Below are positions 12,623 to 26,038 of a stretch of DNA of 64,000 nt, in pieces. The stretch comes from Lingula anatina (lineage: Eukaryota; Animalia; Brachiopoda). The translations under genes and the position numbers were made by a program. The notes under the pieces are model-generated. The model saw only the letters and a program-made list of their open reading frames with translations, was not told the DNA's origin and ran no database searches. The stretch covers positions 13,492,651 to 13,556,650 of the forward strand of contig CM120647.1 of the NCBI GenBank assembly GCA_051362555.1, in the 5' to 3' direction. The stretch's first letter is position 1; every line of letters begins with the position of its first letter.

Positions 12623-14284
12623 CAGCATTGTCAAAAAGGTTGTCCCACCCCCATTTCCATGTACTTTTCTTTACAAATGATCACCTCACAGCTGTGAACT
12701 GTTAAAAATAGTGCTTTTTATTACGGATACCGTGTCTAACATGATTAATGGTTTAAAAAATACAAAATAGTGGTGAAATATACACATTTTATACCATTTA
12801 GTAAAATTTATAAGAGGTACCCCCTCAAATCGACTGTTTCACTGTGACTTCTACAGATGTAAAGAAATGTCTATAAAATTGAAAAGACGCCATCAAATGT
12901 CACCAAATTCACACACAATTAGCATTAGAGTGTGCTCGTTAAAGATCACGTGCCTAACAGCGTGTGCGTCTACCGCGTACTGCAATTATCTCCTGTAGAC
13001 GGCGCGACAAGACAAGACACGGGTTACAATTCTGTTTTGTGGGATATTGTCCCATTCTTCTTAAACAAGTTGGGGGAGTTGGTCCACGTTTCTATGGGGT
13101 TGGTTCTCCTTTGCATTGCACACTCCAATTCATGTCACAGTTGATTAGTAAGTTTAATATCAGGGCTCAAAGATGGTGGTTCCATCCTTAGACCATTGTG
13201 TTTCTTCAACAAACATTTGCCAGGCGAGAGGTGTGAGCAAGTGTGCAGTCATGATAAAGCCTGGAGTTAACCCCAAAGTCAGTTCTTGAAGATGGAATGA
13301 GATATCAGCTGAGAATGCTACGTTCAGTGATCCCACAGGCACCTGAACCTGGCCATCCATCACTGGAAGGAAGTCGGTTTCGATGCAGAATCAAATTATT
13401 TCTTGTATCCCATCGATGGTCAAAGAGGGTCCATAAACATGTTAAAAAATGCTTCTTGGAAGGGTGTGTGTAGGGTAATATCGCCTGAGGTGTTAGATCA
13501 ATCCGCATTTGGAGAACATTCCAAGCCCACGGTATTAGTACATTGTTCCTTCTGGAACAAATCGTAACAGGGGCATTTTAATGTAATATTCTCAACAGAA
13601 ATCTCACTCCATTTGCAAGAGGTGACTTCAGGGATGCTACTGGCTTCATTGTGACAACGCGCTTGCTCACCGCCCTCGTCTGGCAAAGGATTTGTTGCAG
13701 AAACACAGGGCTCTGAGGATGGGACAACCGTCTTTGAGCCCTGATATTAATCCTACTGAGCACCTGTGGCATAAATTGGAATGTGCATTGTTGAGGAGAA
13801 CCAATTCCTAAATAATCTTGACCAATTCCGCCACGCTCTTTAGGATGAATGGGACAATATCCCACATAACAGAATTGTTACCCGTGTTGAAGGCTTGTCG
13901 CGCCGTCTACAGGAGATAATTGCAGTACGCGGTAGACGCACACGCTGTTAGGCACGTGATCTTTAACAAGCACACCCTAATGCTAATTGTGTGTGAATTT
14001 GGTGACATTTGATGGCGTCTTTTCAATTTTATAGACATTTCTTTACATCTGTAGAAGTCACAGTGAAACAGTCGATTTGAGGGGGTACCTCTTATAAATT
14101 TTACTAAATGGTATGAAATGTGTATATTTTCATCACTATTTTGTATTTTTTAAACCATTAATCATGTTAGACATGATATCCGTAATAAAAAGCACTATTT
14201 TTAACAGTTCACAGCTGTGAGGTGATCATTTGTAAATAAAAGTACATGGAAATGGGGGTGGGACAACCTTTTTGACCAATGCTG
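12623..14284. mobile_element. Non-autonomous fold-back Tc1/mariner element made of two outward-pointing transposase 3' halves
   Basis: TA|CAGCATTG...CAATGCTG|TA. Near-identical inverted arms of ~430 bp, continuing inward at lower identity. Right arm translates (with stops and frameshifts) to DNALAH..SLSPDINPTEHLW..DEWDNIP..RRLQEIIAVRGRRTRC, the Tc1 DDE C-terminus; the left arm carries the same on the minus strand. Confidence 0.9.
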
Positions 14285-15064
14285 TATATGTGTTTTCTTT
14301 ATTTTTCAGCAAAAGCGGAGGAACGCCAAGGCTATGATAATGTTGACAGTGTGAAAAACGGACATTGACAATCATCCTTTGCTTGTGCTTTCCATTGAAC
14401 ATTTACTATTTTCACTGGGTGGTAGTTACTGACGCGATTAAAAACTACATGAAATCATAAAACACTGGGAAAAAACTTTCGCAGCTTTGCTTGAATAATA
14501 TTTTAATACAATATACTTTACCTTAGTTTTCCTCTCAACTTGACACAGATCTGACATATGTCTTGGTTGTTTTAAGCTATATTATGTACCTACTCCAATT
14601 GTCTTTATTTATTCATTGTTTAAATACTTAATCAGAGTGTATTCTTATTATAATATTTAGATGTCCTTTTTGGTGGGCAACTCCAAATGGAATAGTTATC
14701 TTCCATCTACTAAAGTGATGTGATGTTTTAATTTATATGATAAAAGTATTTTGGTTATAATTAAAAGTAGTCTGGTTTAGTGATTTTATGATAAGTAGTC
14801 TGGATGGTTTCAGGTGGTGGTTCTTGACGTTTCACTTATATTTTTAAAGTTCATATTAAGTGTGTTTTTGCTTAAAGTATAAATTATTAGGAATAAATCG
14901 TTCGCATTTCCTTAATTTCATTATCTTGTGAGATTTCACTTGTTCAATGTTTTGGTTAACAGGGTATCTTTCTTAATGCAAATAAAACTGTCGCAAACTG
15001 TAGAGTTTGGTTGTTTGTTTGCATTTCTTGTTGTACCACCAGTGCGCCGCTGGCAGTACACATG

Positions 15065-15994
15065 GTTTTAGTCTCGACTCCTATAATCCGCCGTATCCGC
15101 CGCCATGTAACCATTACCACTTCTTCTAGTCTACAAGAGCCTGCGTACCCAACTCTTGGATTTAGGTCACATAAACTCAACTCGACCCACGTGAATTTAG
15201 GGCTTTGTTGGTGCACCGGTCTACTATTGAACCTGAATAGGAAGTAGTATGCCGGCAATCTAGCTGTGACCTTGAAATTGACCTTTAACCTATTTTTCAC
15301 CAATAACAGCACATGCAAATCTTTTGGCTCTTCCATCTCCAAAATGGACAGAGGTACGCCCATAGTTACTATAGAACTTGCATAAAAAGTCATGTACTGG
15401 TAATCTAACTGACCTTGAAATTGACCTTTTACCTATTTTTCACCATGAACTGCACTTAGCAAATTTCCCAGCCTAGCATTTCCAAAACTGGCAATGATAG
15501 GCCCATAATTACTATTGAACTTGAATAGGAAGTCATATACTGGCAAGCCAACTGTGACCTTTGAATTGACATTTTGCCAATTTTTCACCATAAACTGCAC
15601 TTTGCAAATCTTTTCGGCCCTTTCATCTCCAAAACTGGCAGAGATACGCACATAGTTACTATTGAACTTGAATAGGAAGCTATACACTGGTAAATTGACC
15701 TATGATCTACTTTTCATAATGAACTGCATTTTGCAAATTTTCCTAGCCCTATATCTCCAAAACTTGCGGGGATGCACCCATAGTTGCTGTGAACTACAAT
15801 GGGAAGTCATACACCGGCAATCTAATGGTGACCTTGAAATTGACCTTGGGCCCATTTTTCACCATGAACTGCACTTCGCAAAGTTTCCAGCCCTTGTATT
15901 TCCATAACTGCCAGAGATGGGCCCATAAATTCTCTTTTTTTATTTGAATAGGAAGTCATATACTGGCAATACTGTGACCTTGAAATTGAGCTTT

Positions 15995-16058
<64 letters not shown>

Positions 16059-16500
16059 TTTTTACCATAAACTGCACTTTGCAAATATTTCGACCCTTTT
16101 AGCTCCAAAACTGGCAGAGATGCGCCCATAGTTACTGCTTAACTTGAATACGAAGTCATGCACTGGCGAATTGACCTTTGACCCACATTTTCGTGATGAA
16201 CTGCATTTTACAAATGTTCCAATCCTTGTGTTACAAAAACTGGCAGAGATACGTCCAAAGTTACTATTGAACTTGAATAGGAAGTCATATACTGGGAATC
16301 TTGCAATGACCTTGAATTTGACCTATGACCTCCTTTTCACCACGAACCACACTTTGCAACTTTCCAAACTCTCATTAAACAGATTGAATCTCGGCTCCGA
16401 GGTTTGATTGCTAGACCCCTGTAGCGACGGCGCGTGTGGTGGCGTGTTTTCATAAAAATACGGACTTTAGGCATGACTTGGGATTGGGTGTATTTTTTTT
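15065..16500. repeat. Helentron/HINE-like element with ~8 tandem units, mostly 125-160 bp
   Basis: Unit core ttactattgaacttgaataggaagtcatatactggcaatct..tgaccttgaaattgacctt at ~15222, 15366, 15509, 15656, 15783, 15940, 16132 and 16261; 5' ttttagtc + ccgccgtatccgccgcc head. HINE assignment is an inference. Confidence 0.7.
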
Positions 16501-18706
16501 TCATATTACACGCTTGCTTAGATGTTGTTCAATACAATAACAGTATATCAATGCAGTGACTGTACTTAGTAAATTAGCAATATTATACCAGCTCTTAAGT
16601 TGCACCCTTCTTATTTCTTGAACTAAAAGGGATAATATCTTCGTATGAGATCTATATTTTACAAAAAAAAAAAAAAAAAAAAAAAAAGAACAACTCATAG
16701 ATATATAATATATTCTGTTGTATCAACAAAGACGGCAGTTATAGTTATTATTCTGATATCTGAGCTTGTCTTAAGACCACGTGACCTCCATTGATGGCTG
16801 TACTCTCTTATGATCTTAACTTTGAATGTAAAAACAGATTCATTATCCATTGGTTAGTATGGGGAAATTGTTTACTCCAGGAAATTTCATTTTTTGGCCA
16901 AAACGAAGAGTTATTATCCCTTTAATTTAAAAATTGCAAGTGAAATATTGAAGTATATTTAACGGTATTGTCAGCCTTCTCTCAAAACTTAGTAGTTAAT
17001 AAATAAATCCTTAGTGTCCAATGATTAAATTAATTAATATTTACACATATGCGATTTAAAGGGTGGCGTCATAATTGCGATTTTGGGGTGAAACCTGAAA
17101 AATCGGTTTCTCAAATTTTTCCTTTAGCTGTGAACCCATGATCATATTTTTATCGCCGATTTAATGACACCAAATAGTACTCCAAAACCCTGCCACCGAT
17201 TTTTCTTTATAGTCTTAGTTCAGATTTTATGGTTGATAAATTAAAATAATGCCTTTTGTTTAATGAAAATCTGTAATTAGGGATTGGGATTGTAGCGTAT
17301 ACACTAGTGGTCAACTCTGCCAATTTTCGTGATAAAATCTTGTTCAGGGATGAAGTTACGCCAATACCGATTGCTATCTTACTTCAAAATAGAAAGGTGT
17401 TAAATTGACAATTAAAGCTTCGAGTTGCCTATGCTAATACATTGCAAAAATAAATAAAAACGCCGATTTTTTATATTTTCTAGTTTTTTTATTGTTTTGA
17501 ATCAGCACAAAGACAGGTGCATTATTTAATAATTTGCTGCAGGAAAAATCTAATTTTCGGTATATCGATGATAATAAAGGGTCACAATATCCTTAAGCTC
17601 GTATTTTTCACGCGAGTAACACAGCTGAAATGTGCACTAATCACATTATGTGTTCCACTTCCCCTACCTTAATGTTCCTTGCTAAACCCATTCGGGGCTC
17701 TAAATTGTTTTCGACAACTGTCAAAGCAGAATGGAGAAAGATTAACATAGATTCAGTCTAACAAGAAAGTAACGCGTGATTTTATTGTCTCAGAAGTGCT
17801 TTTTTATGACTAATACTATACAAATCTCTAAGAGTTTTTTTTTTTTTTTGCTAAGTTGTAACCGCGATAATTTACACAATATGACTTCACATATGCCGAA
17901 CTGCAGCAAACTGTCAATATAATTATAACTCACAAACTCTTTTTTGTGCACTTATTTATTTATCTATATCTAACATATGTGGGCTTACATGACAAATGTA
18001 CAGTGGTAAATCTCAGAAAGGTCGACTGGCTTAATCGTTCTAAAATCCTCCAGTGTCTTATAGAACAAAAAAAAAAAAAAAAATGTACCTAGCAAGTTAA
18101 TAACCAAGAGCCTAAATGAAAATATCTTGTGACATAATTATTTTTTCTGTGGCCCTGGTAGGGGTAAAATAGGTGAGTGTCTGCTAAGATTTAACTGTGC
18201 ATGCGTGTTGGGACATTAATAATACGATGTACGTGCCTTAGAGACCAAAAAACGTACAGACCACATGTTAGTAATTCTTGGTGTACATAGCCTGCCGTAT
18301 AAAATATTTTATAATGAATACACATGCATTATATTGAATACCCCTTATGCCCATTCCGTAGCAACTTCTCAAAAGAAAACGTGAGCATTTTTTTCGTGGT
18401 TGTTAGGGGCTTAAAACTTTCTTTCTCTCCGCTTTTGGTTTAAACATTTGTTTGATTTCTTCGTGTTTATTGTGAACTGCTGGGGTATTATAATTCCATT
18501 TTGGACGATTTTATTTTCTAAGAATAACAGTTGACTTTGGTACAAACACAACGTGGTATCAAACCATACACGAAATGAAATATAAGGCAGTCAGACAGAC
18601 ACAAAGGTTTTCATCGGCTCTCCCTAAATACATTATCAGCAGACCATAGCGCATAAACTCAAAATTAAGAACATCACTGACTTTAAGGAAAGTCAGGACA
18701 GTTAGT

Positions 18707-20691
18707 ATGGCTGCCTTAATACTAGTAATTTTCTTTGCTATGACAGTCTCCGTCGTAGACGGGATAGTTGGATACCCAAAATCAGACCAACCGGGGGAGT
18801 TCATCCCAGGTACGACCGCCTTAATTTGGAGGTGGGACAGGCGACGAGGATGGTACTGGTATCCCACAATGCCTATATCATCAAACCTGAATGAAACCAA
18901 GGTAGGTAAATGCCGTTAAAGATGTTCATACATGTAAATACCTAGAGCACTTTATACGCTAAAATGCCTTTTTTAAGATATAGATCTGCGCGTTGCAAAA
19001 AAAAGAAAAAAATGCTATGATTATATGTTTTATCATTTATCAACTTGGTTGCCGAAAATGTCATTTGAAGTCAGCACGATTGTGCTTGGAGAGACAACGT
19101 TGCACATGGTTGATTCTTAATTCTTTTCACAAGGTTATTTCTCCTAACGCCTTCTAGACCATTAGAGTGAGGTAATTCAGACTTTGTCGATGGAGAAACT
19201 CGTCAACACAGAGGGTACATGGGCACTTCAGACTTAAGATCACCTTAGGTTTGAGGTGTCTCTAGGGGCAGATGATTCTAAGACAACAACCCTGAAAAAT
19301 GCAAAAGGGATTAACTGAATTTTATAATACTAACATGCTTGAAGTATAAGGAAAAGCTTAACAGCTTGTTGTTGTCGTCTTTGTAGGTATCTGGAAAATG
19401 GTATCAAATCATGTCAAAGGAGATGCCACCTTTCTCTAATGATTCCTTTCTGGACGACTTTGTGCTGAATATACAGAAGAAAGATGGCGGAGGTTTGTCC
19501 ATCGATATGCAAGGAAGACGGTTAGTTTGACAATTTAAAAACTATTATTAAATATGTGGAATATAAAATGCTATATATGGGATAGAGTAGAAAGGGGAAT
19601 TACTGTAAGTTTCCGCATAACAAAATGATCATATTTAGCGTTGAAAATAAACAAACACTTTCATGGGCAGTGTTCTGGTCATTTTTATATGACACGTTCC
19701 ATTCTTTTTGTTCAAACCCTTTTTTTAACACGTGGATGAAAAAATACATTTCATCTTTTAAACATAGTGAAGTATTATTTGACATTAAAGTGGTGCCCGT
19801 TCCGTTCCTAAGGACATAATTAACATGTGTTTCACACAGTCATTAAATTGCACATTTAAGTATTCAATGTCTCTTTATTACTGTAGAAAACGAGGCGATA
19901 ACCAAAAATGTTTGGAAACTGGCCGTTTACACTTGGTCCCCACTCAAATGAACGGGAGGTATACAATGGATATAGGTAGGTTCCCTTATTTCGCTGAGTT
20001 TTCTAATTATACTCAATACTGTTTCAACTTGACTTGCATTTCCGTAAAGATTGATATAAGGGCCATTTTTATTATAAAAAAGATGAAAAAAATCTTATAT
20101 TTCCTAGGTCCTGCAAACGACATCCTGGAAAACCACTTCACCACTGCTTTCGACAAGTCAGAGGTCAATGAGTACATTATAGCCGACACCGATTACGCCC
20201 ACTTTTTGGTTACCAAATACTGCCTTGGGAAGAGAAAAGACGGGACGTGTTCCAAATTGGAGGGTGTGGCAATATCCAGTCGGAATCCTGTATTGGAGGC
20301 CATCCACCTGTACAATGCCATGCAGGTGGTTGCCAAGGTGCTGTGTAGAAGTCTTGTGGGGTTTCTGAATCACGAGCAATCCAATGGTATGGACATTACT
20401 TGAGTTTTACCGGCACTCATCGTTTGATATCTAAACCTAATTTGTCTTACAACCCAAGTGTGTGTTCATTATCAAATGCATTTTTACGTTTACTACCTAT
20501 AACACGTTTTAACGAAAGGGTTCAACATCTAATAAACATAGACTGCTTTATTTTTAATTGAACTTCTAACCCAAGTATTTAAACTAGTATAATGTTCTAC
20601 ATGTATATATCATTATAATCCAAAATAAGGAAGGCAAAAAGCCTAGTAATTCATTTTCAAAATATATATTTTGGTTCCAGCCTGTTTGTGA
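18707..20691 (+). CDS. Lipocalin A, retinol-binding protein/purpurin-like (~235 aa, 5 exons)
   Basis: Exons 18707-18901, 19387-19520 (VSGKWYQI, SCR1), 19887-19975, 20108-20386 (IADTDY; YCLGKRKDGTC, like RBP4 C120-C129; SSRNP) and 20681-20691 (ACL*). Signal peptide present. Confidence 0.9.
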
Positions 20692-21891
20692 AAGACAATG
20701 TACATGCGCGCATTGTGAGCCGGAGACCAAAACTTGTTTGACTGGGGCTAGGGAAACGAACATGTGGACAGCTAGGGCCACCAAGACCGAGAACGACAGC
20801 GTCTGTACACTTAACAATAACAATATCATTTAAACTGTAATTACTATATAATATGAAAGACCTTGAAGAACAGCCCACTTTCTCTATAGAAAGAGACACT
20901 TGTTTTTCTTTTGGTCTTCCTCTCTTTCGTTATACACGTATCTCTACTAGAAACCCAATTTTTAAATAAAAACGTGCTTTATGAAATTGCTGATGACTGA
21001 TGACGGCCAGCTCATTATTACTGTTGTTATTGTTATATAAGTACTCTTGGCCTGCAGGCTTTAACTACAGTTGAATAAGGGACATGCATTAAATACGTTT
21101 GCAAAAATGATGCCAGACGGCACGTTTTTGCTACATCAGTATGGCATATATTTCAGGAAATGGAGTCCATTTTTTGGCATTCTACTGTGTCAACTTTCAC
21201 AAATACCTCACTATACAAACTATGACTATGCAGACCCGTTGTGAACGTTAAGGAAGCGGAACAAATTACTGGTGCTTTGTACATTTGATGTTTACGACTG
21301 AGTGATTTGCCTGACATATATTTAAACAGAATGTGAACTTAAATATACCTCCATGTTTCAGTTGCAACATAAACTCAATAGAGCAAATTTGAAAGGTAAT
21401 GCGGTGTGATCTTTGGATATAAAATTTGCAAGAATTTTTCTTGGGTCCATTTTTATTCTGTTTGGATAAAGATGTCGCCAATGTGCAGGGATTTCTAATG
21501 CATGCTTAAGTGCCACTTATACAAAAACAAAATTTATAAGCACCTAGATTATATATAAAAAATGAAATTTCGTCTTTGAAATCCTGAATAAAGCAAACAT
21601 TCCGCATTTGCTGTAAGGTGTGTTTATTTTAAATCTGAATTGGAATCTAATACATTATCATAATTGTTACTGACGGTTCATGGATCTTAGTTCACATCTA
21701 TTGAATTTATTAATTAGGCTTCACCGTGTGCAGCAGGTAGAACAATGTGTTGAACTCAGAAATACATGCTCGATTTTTGTGAAAAAAATTAATATTAATA
21801 ATACTAATGATAATGATTCATACTCGAATTTGCGTCGCCTTGGCGAAAACGTGGGTCATCACATGGAACTGACATTGAGGCTCAATGCGGA

Positions 21892-24618
21892 TTATTTCTT
21901 GGTTTCCTGTTCTCGAAGGTGACAGGCTGAAATAGGATTCCAATTTACAATGCTTTTAACATGTGTATATTTCTTGGAACGTTTATAAGCCAATGTGAAT
22001 GCAACTTATACAATTTAGAGTAATATTGAAGTATCAATGCCTGTTCAAGCACCCTTCGTACTCATGTATTTGATCAAGTCCGAGAAGTCGGGTATGACTT
22101 TTACTTAATTCAAAGAGCAATCCATGTAGCACATAATGTTAAATGAGGAATTTTCCAACAAGTCAAAATTGACTAACCAAAAAGTCATTAAATAAATGAA
22201 TAAACAATTAGGAAAAAGGAAAATTAGCATACAAACACACACATACACACACACACACATATTCATGTATACCCTGATACTTTTGATGTGACAAAGTATT
22301 GATAAAGTCATACTGTGGAAGAACAGGTTTCTGAAAGCTTATTTTTTAATTGTTTTCACCTATAATCAATAACCTGAATAAATCTGACAAATATACTTCT
22401 GTTTTTGTTTAAAAGGAAATATATTTACCGAACTCGTGTTCCGTAAAACGGAACCCTTCAAAACTTCTACCCAATCTTTCCGCAATTGTCTTCATTCCGG
22501 AGTAGACATAAATAGGCTCAAGATCAACACGACGGCTCCAAAGTTCAACGCCTTCGTTCTGACACCTTCCTGTTACATCTCCTCTACGACAGATAACGAT
22601 CACCATGTAGTTCGTGTAGTCCGTTTCAACAATCTCAAATTTGTTGTTGCCTGCAAAGAAAGGAGAAACAGGGTGTTCGTCACAGAGAAGTAAGGGGGAT
22701 GATTTTCTAAATACACCATAAGTAAGATCATTACCTGTGATATATTTAAAGGAAGCCAGGTGGTGTTCAAGAGAGTAATTGCTAGACCCGTCTTTGTTTT
22801 CAACGTACAACATATTTTCAGCTTGGTGGTTCATCCCATTGACAGTAGTATTTCTTGCAGACATGTGCCTGTCTACGTGTAAGTAAGATTTGATGCGCGC
22901 GCGGGCGTGTGTGTGTTACTTAGACAGAGAAAAGGATCTCCTCTGGTAATTTTAAGTGTACCGGGCTATCATAACCCTTAAAATTGTTGAGCTCTTAAGA
23001 TGTGTTAACAAGAAATGTGAAAAGGATAAATATTAACTAGATGAGAAACAATCTTAGTTGAAGAAGGGAAGAACGCTCACTCTCTGATGGGCCAAACGAG
23101 AATTCCCCTGGCATCCGTGTAGGACGAAGTCTGGAAAACTCATCGAGCTCTATGCAGTCTCGAGCGCCTTTCCTAAAAATTTGATCAAAGCATATACAGT
23201 ACAACAAGAAGTGGTTGCTGCTCTTAACAGGTATCTGAAGCCCCACTTTAATGTCACTCTAAATACGTACACGTGTTTTGCTTTAATGTTTTTAACAGGT
23301 GCTTACAGTGGTATCCAGATTGGAACACATATGTACTAGTACTATGATAACAAAATATACACTTAATAACAATAAACGTGGGACTCTCTTTATGATGTCC
23401 AAGCTGTTGTTTTACTATATGCTACGTTATAAATTTCATGAAGGTGTTATGTCTTCCTCTCGATTCCATTGATTTTTACATACGGCAATGCTTTGATGAG
23501 GAAGGCCAATGACCCGTTTTCACCTATGGTCACGTGGGCGGAGTACTCCGTAAAAACATCCCCGTCCTCAATCATGGGATACTGTCGCCAAAGATATCCG
23601 TACCAATTGCCTTGAAGCTAGAAATTAAACATAAATGACACGCGTATACAGCATGTACACACACTGGACAATAGAAGTGTCAACCTACTGAACCAATACT
23701 TTGGGGGAGATAAATGACTGCGGAATGTTATGCTCCTGGTATCTTTTTATTAACATCAAATTTCACAAAAAGACCAGCGGTTTTATACTCATTAGTCACA
23801 TTATAAGTAGACCAGGCATTATAACTTTGATTACTCTGATTCAGAGGGCGACACTTTATGTAGGTGTGCAGAAGGTCCTTATCTCTGTCGATGCTCATTT
23901 GAAATTACATTTTATGAATTTTGTCTCATCATCACGTGTACATTGTAAACTTACAGTCACTACATATACAGATATTGAAAATGTCTTATGCTGAGACAAA
24001 ATTGCAAAGAAGATGTAAAAAAGGTGAATTTGACTGCATATTGTAAAAAGTACACAAGAGCTGGAAAAAATGTAACATAACTCCAATATGGAAAATATTA
24101 AGCTTGAGATATACGGACAGGCTGTTTTCAGTCGCAAGGAAGGAATATGTTATTGAGCATACAACTTATACAGTGAGCAATCTATCTACATATAAATCAG
24201 ATAGCTTTTGCATTCCCCACGGATTAAAAAAAATAAATAACGACGTATAGTGATACCAAAAATCGTTTGCTTATTTCCCTTGACAACCCTGGCTTTGGTT
24301 TTATTAACAGATGCTTGTGATGCTTTATTTACTTATAACCTCAAATACGGGGAGGCCCCCGTTTCAGGCAGACACAGAGAATGGCAATATTTATCTCTCC
24401 ATATAAAGACATGCTCTTGCCTTAGTTACATCAAAGCTCCGTAATGCAGGTCTTCTGGGTTGCCAATACCACCATTCTGCCAGCTTATTCCATCTCCAAA
24501 GCAAGGGAACTGTATCTGGGTGTAACATACCAAGTCTGCCTAAGCTAGGGTAACCCAATCCCCCGTCTACAGCAGCGATTTTCATTGCGAAGAAAATAAC
24601 GTATACCAAGACAGTCAT
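21892..24618 (-). CDS. Lipocalin B, RBP/purpurin-like (~226 aa, 5 exons; GC-AG first intron)
   Basis: Exons 24618-24421, 23617-23484 (LQGNWYG), 23172-23081, 22650-22429 (IVETDY..ICRRGDVTGRC..WSRR) and 21926-21892 (ACHLREQETKK*). Confidence 0.88.
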
Positions 24619-26038
24619 TCTTGGACTTGTGACTCCGCCTAAGAAGAGAGAGCGTCGGTCTAAAAACGCGTTTATTTGCTATGGTCGGCTGGGCATTGAA
24701 CCTGAGGCTAGGCAATAAAATTGTACGTGTAGATCCGACTCCATGTATCTTTAAGTTCTCAGGTTTTTATATTTAACAAGAAATATCTGTTGTGTACAGG
24801 TTAAGTTATACATAGGAAAAAAAACAATAAAACAGCATTAGCTTTTTTTTTTCAAATGAAACCCGAAGCAATAAAGAAACTGTATGAGCTTAAGTGAACC
24901 AAAAAGGAAAAATAATAATAAAATAAAATAAAATAAAATAAAGAGATAGTTCAACACCTCTTTAAGGCCAGGAGGCCCACTTTTTTCTTTTTAAAAAATA
25001 ATTCGAGGTATTGACAGGACTGTTGAGGGTATACTTAAGAGTCATTTGATTTGATAAACAGGCTTTTGTTTCGTATTATTAAATAAACCAGGCAGTCTGT
25101 CGTTCACGATTTTAACAAACGGCCTAAAAATTACAAGGCTTGATAACTACACTACTAGCAATCAGATGCCGGAAGTCTGTGGTTATTATCACTTGCGTTT
25201 ATCGAACTTTAAGTCACAAGTCTGTGAAAGACGCTGTTCTGCATGATGACTTCAAATACACTTTTGATTTGAAGGTATCGTTTCTTACTGCTTCATTTCT
25301 TGTATGAAGTCCATGAAAATTTAGTTTTGATATGTCTGTACATGCATTGGATGCTTTTGTTTCACTCATATAAAAATAAGCTAAAAACAGCTATACTTAA
25401 AAGCTTGAGGGCCCTTTTTTACCACTTTAAATGTAAGCAAAACATTCGGGGTTTGAAATTAGCTGTTTATTAAAAAGTGAAAAGGGAATTCCAAACATAA
25501 GATCAACATTGACATCGGCCAGTAATTGTGGTACACACTTTGACTAAAAAATAGTACATCAGAGAGGACAAACTATTGAATTATTAAGACAAAAATGATC
25601 AATTCAAAGTGCAAATAAATTAAGATCAATAGATAAATAAATTAAAATTCAGTTTTGATTTATTGGCAGTTCCATATGCTTGTTAAGATTTTTCTAATAT
25701 ACGCTTTTTGCCACAACCATCTTACAAATATCTTGACTATTTTCTTATCCCTAAAGATGATAATTAAAATTAGAAAATTGCAATAAGATGTGTTTATTTC
25801 AAAGCCGAAATGATATTCCAAATAAATAATCAAATTTGACAAACGTTTTCCAATGGTTTTGGTTTATTAAAGAAATTATATACACTGCCACACATTAAAC
25901 AGAGATTGAATATATAAAGATGTAGGAAAAGACCAACCGATACAATATCCACAAAATAAGTTGCGTACATGCGGTTTTGCCTCGCTTTAGAGTCACAATG
26001 GAAAATAATATGCTACTGGCTTTGAGACTCAATGCGGG

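Noticed and set aside
14956-16407. Several ORFs with repeated LLLNLNRK/FKFNSN motifs
   Set aside because: They are translations of a non-coding minisatellite with frame-breaking unit lengths.
20681-20745. TGA read-through or selenocysteine in the last exon of lipocalin A
   Set aside because: Paralog D also stops at AC-x-TGA right after the conserved terminal Cys; no SECIS is evident.
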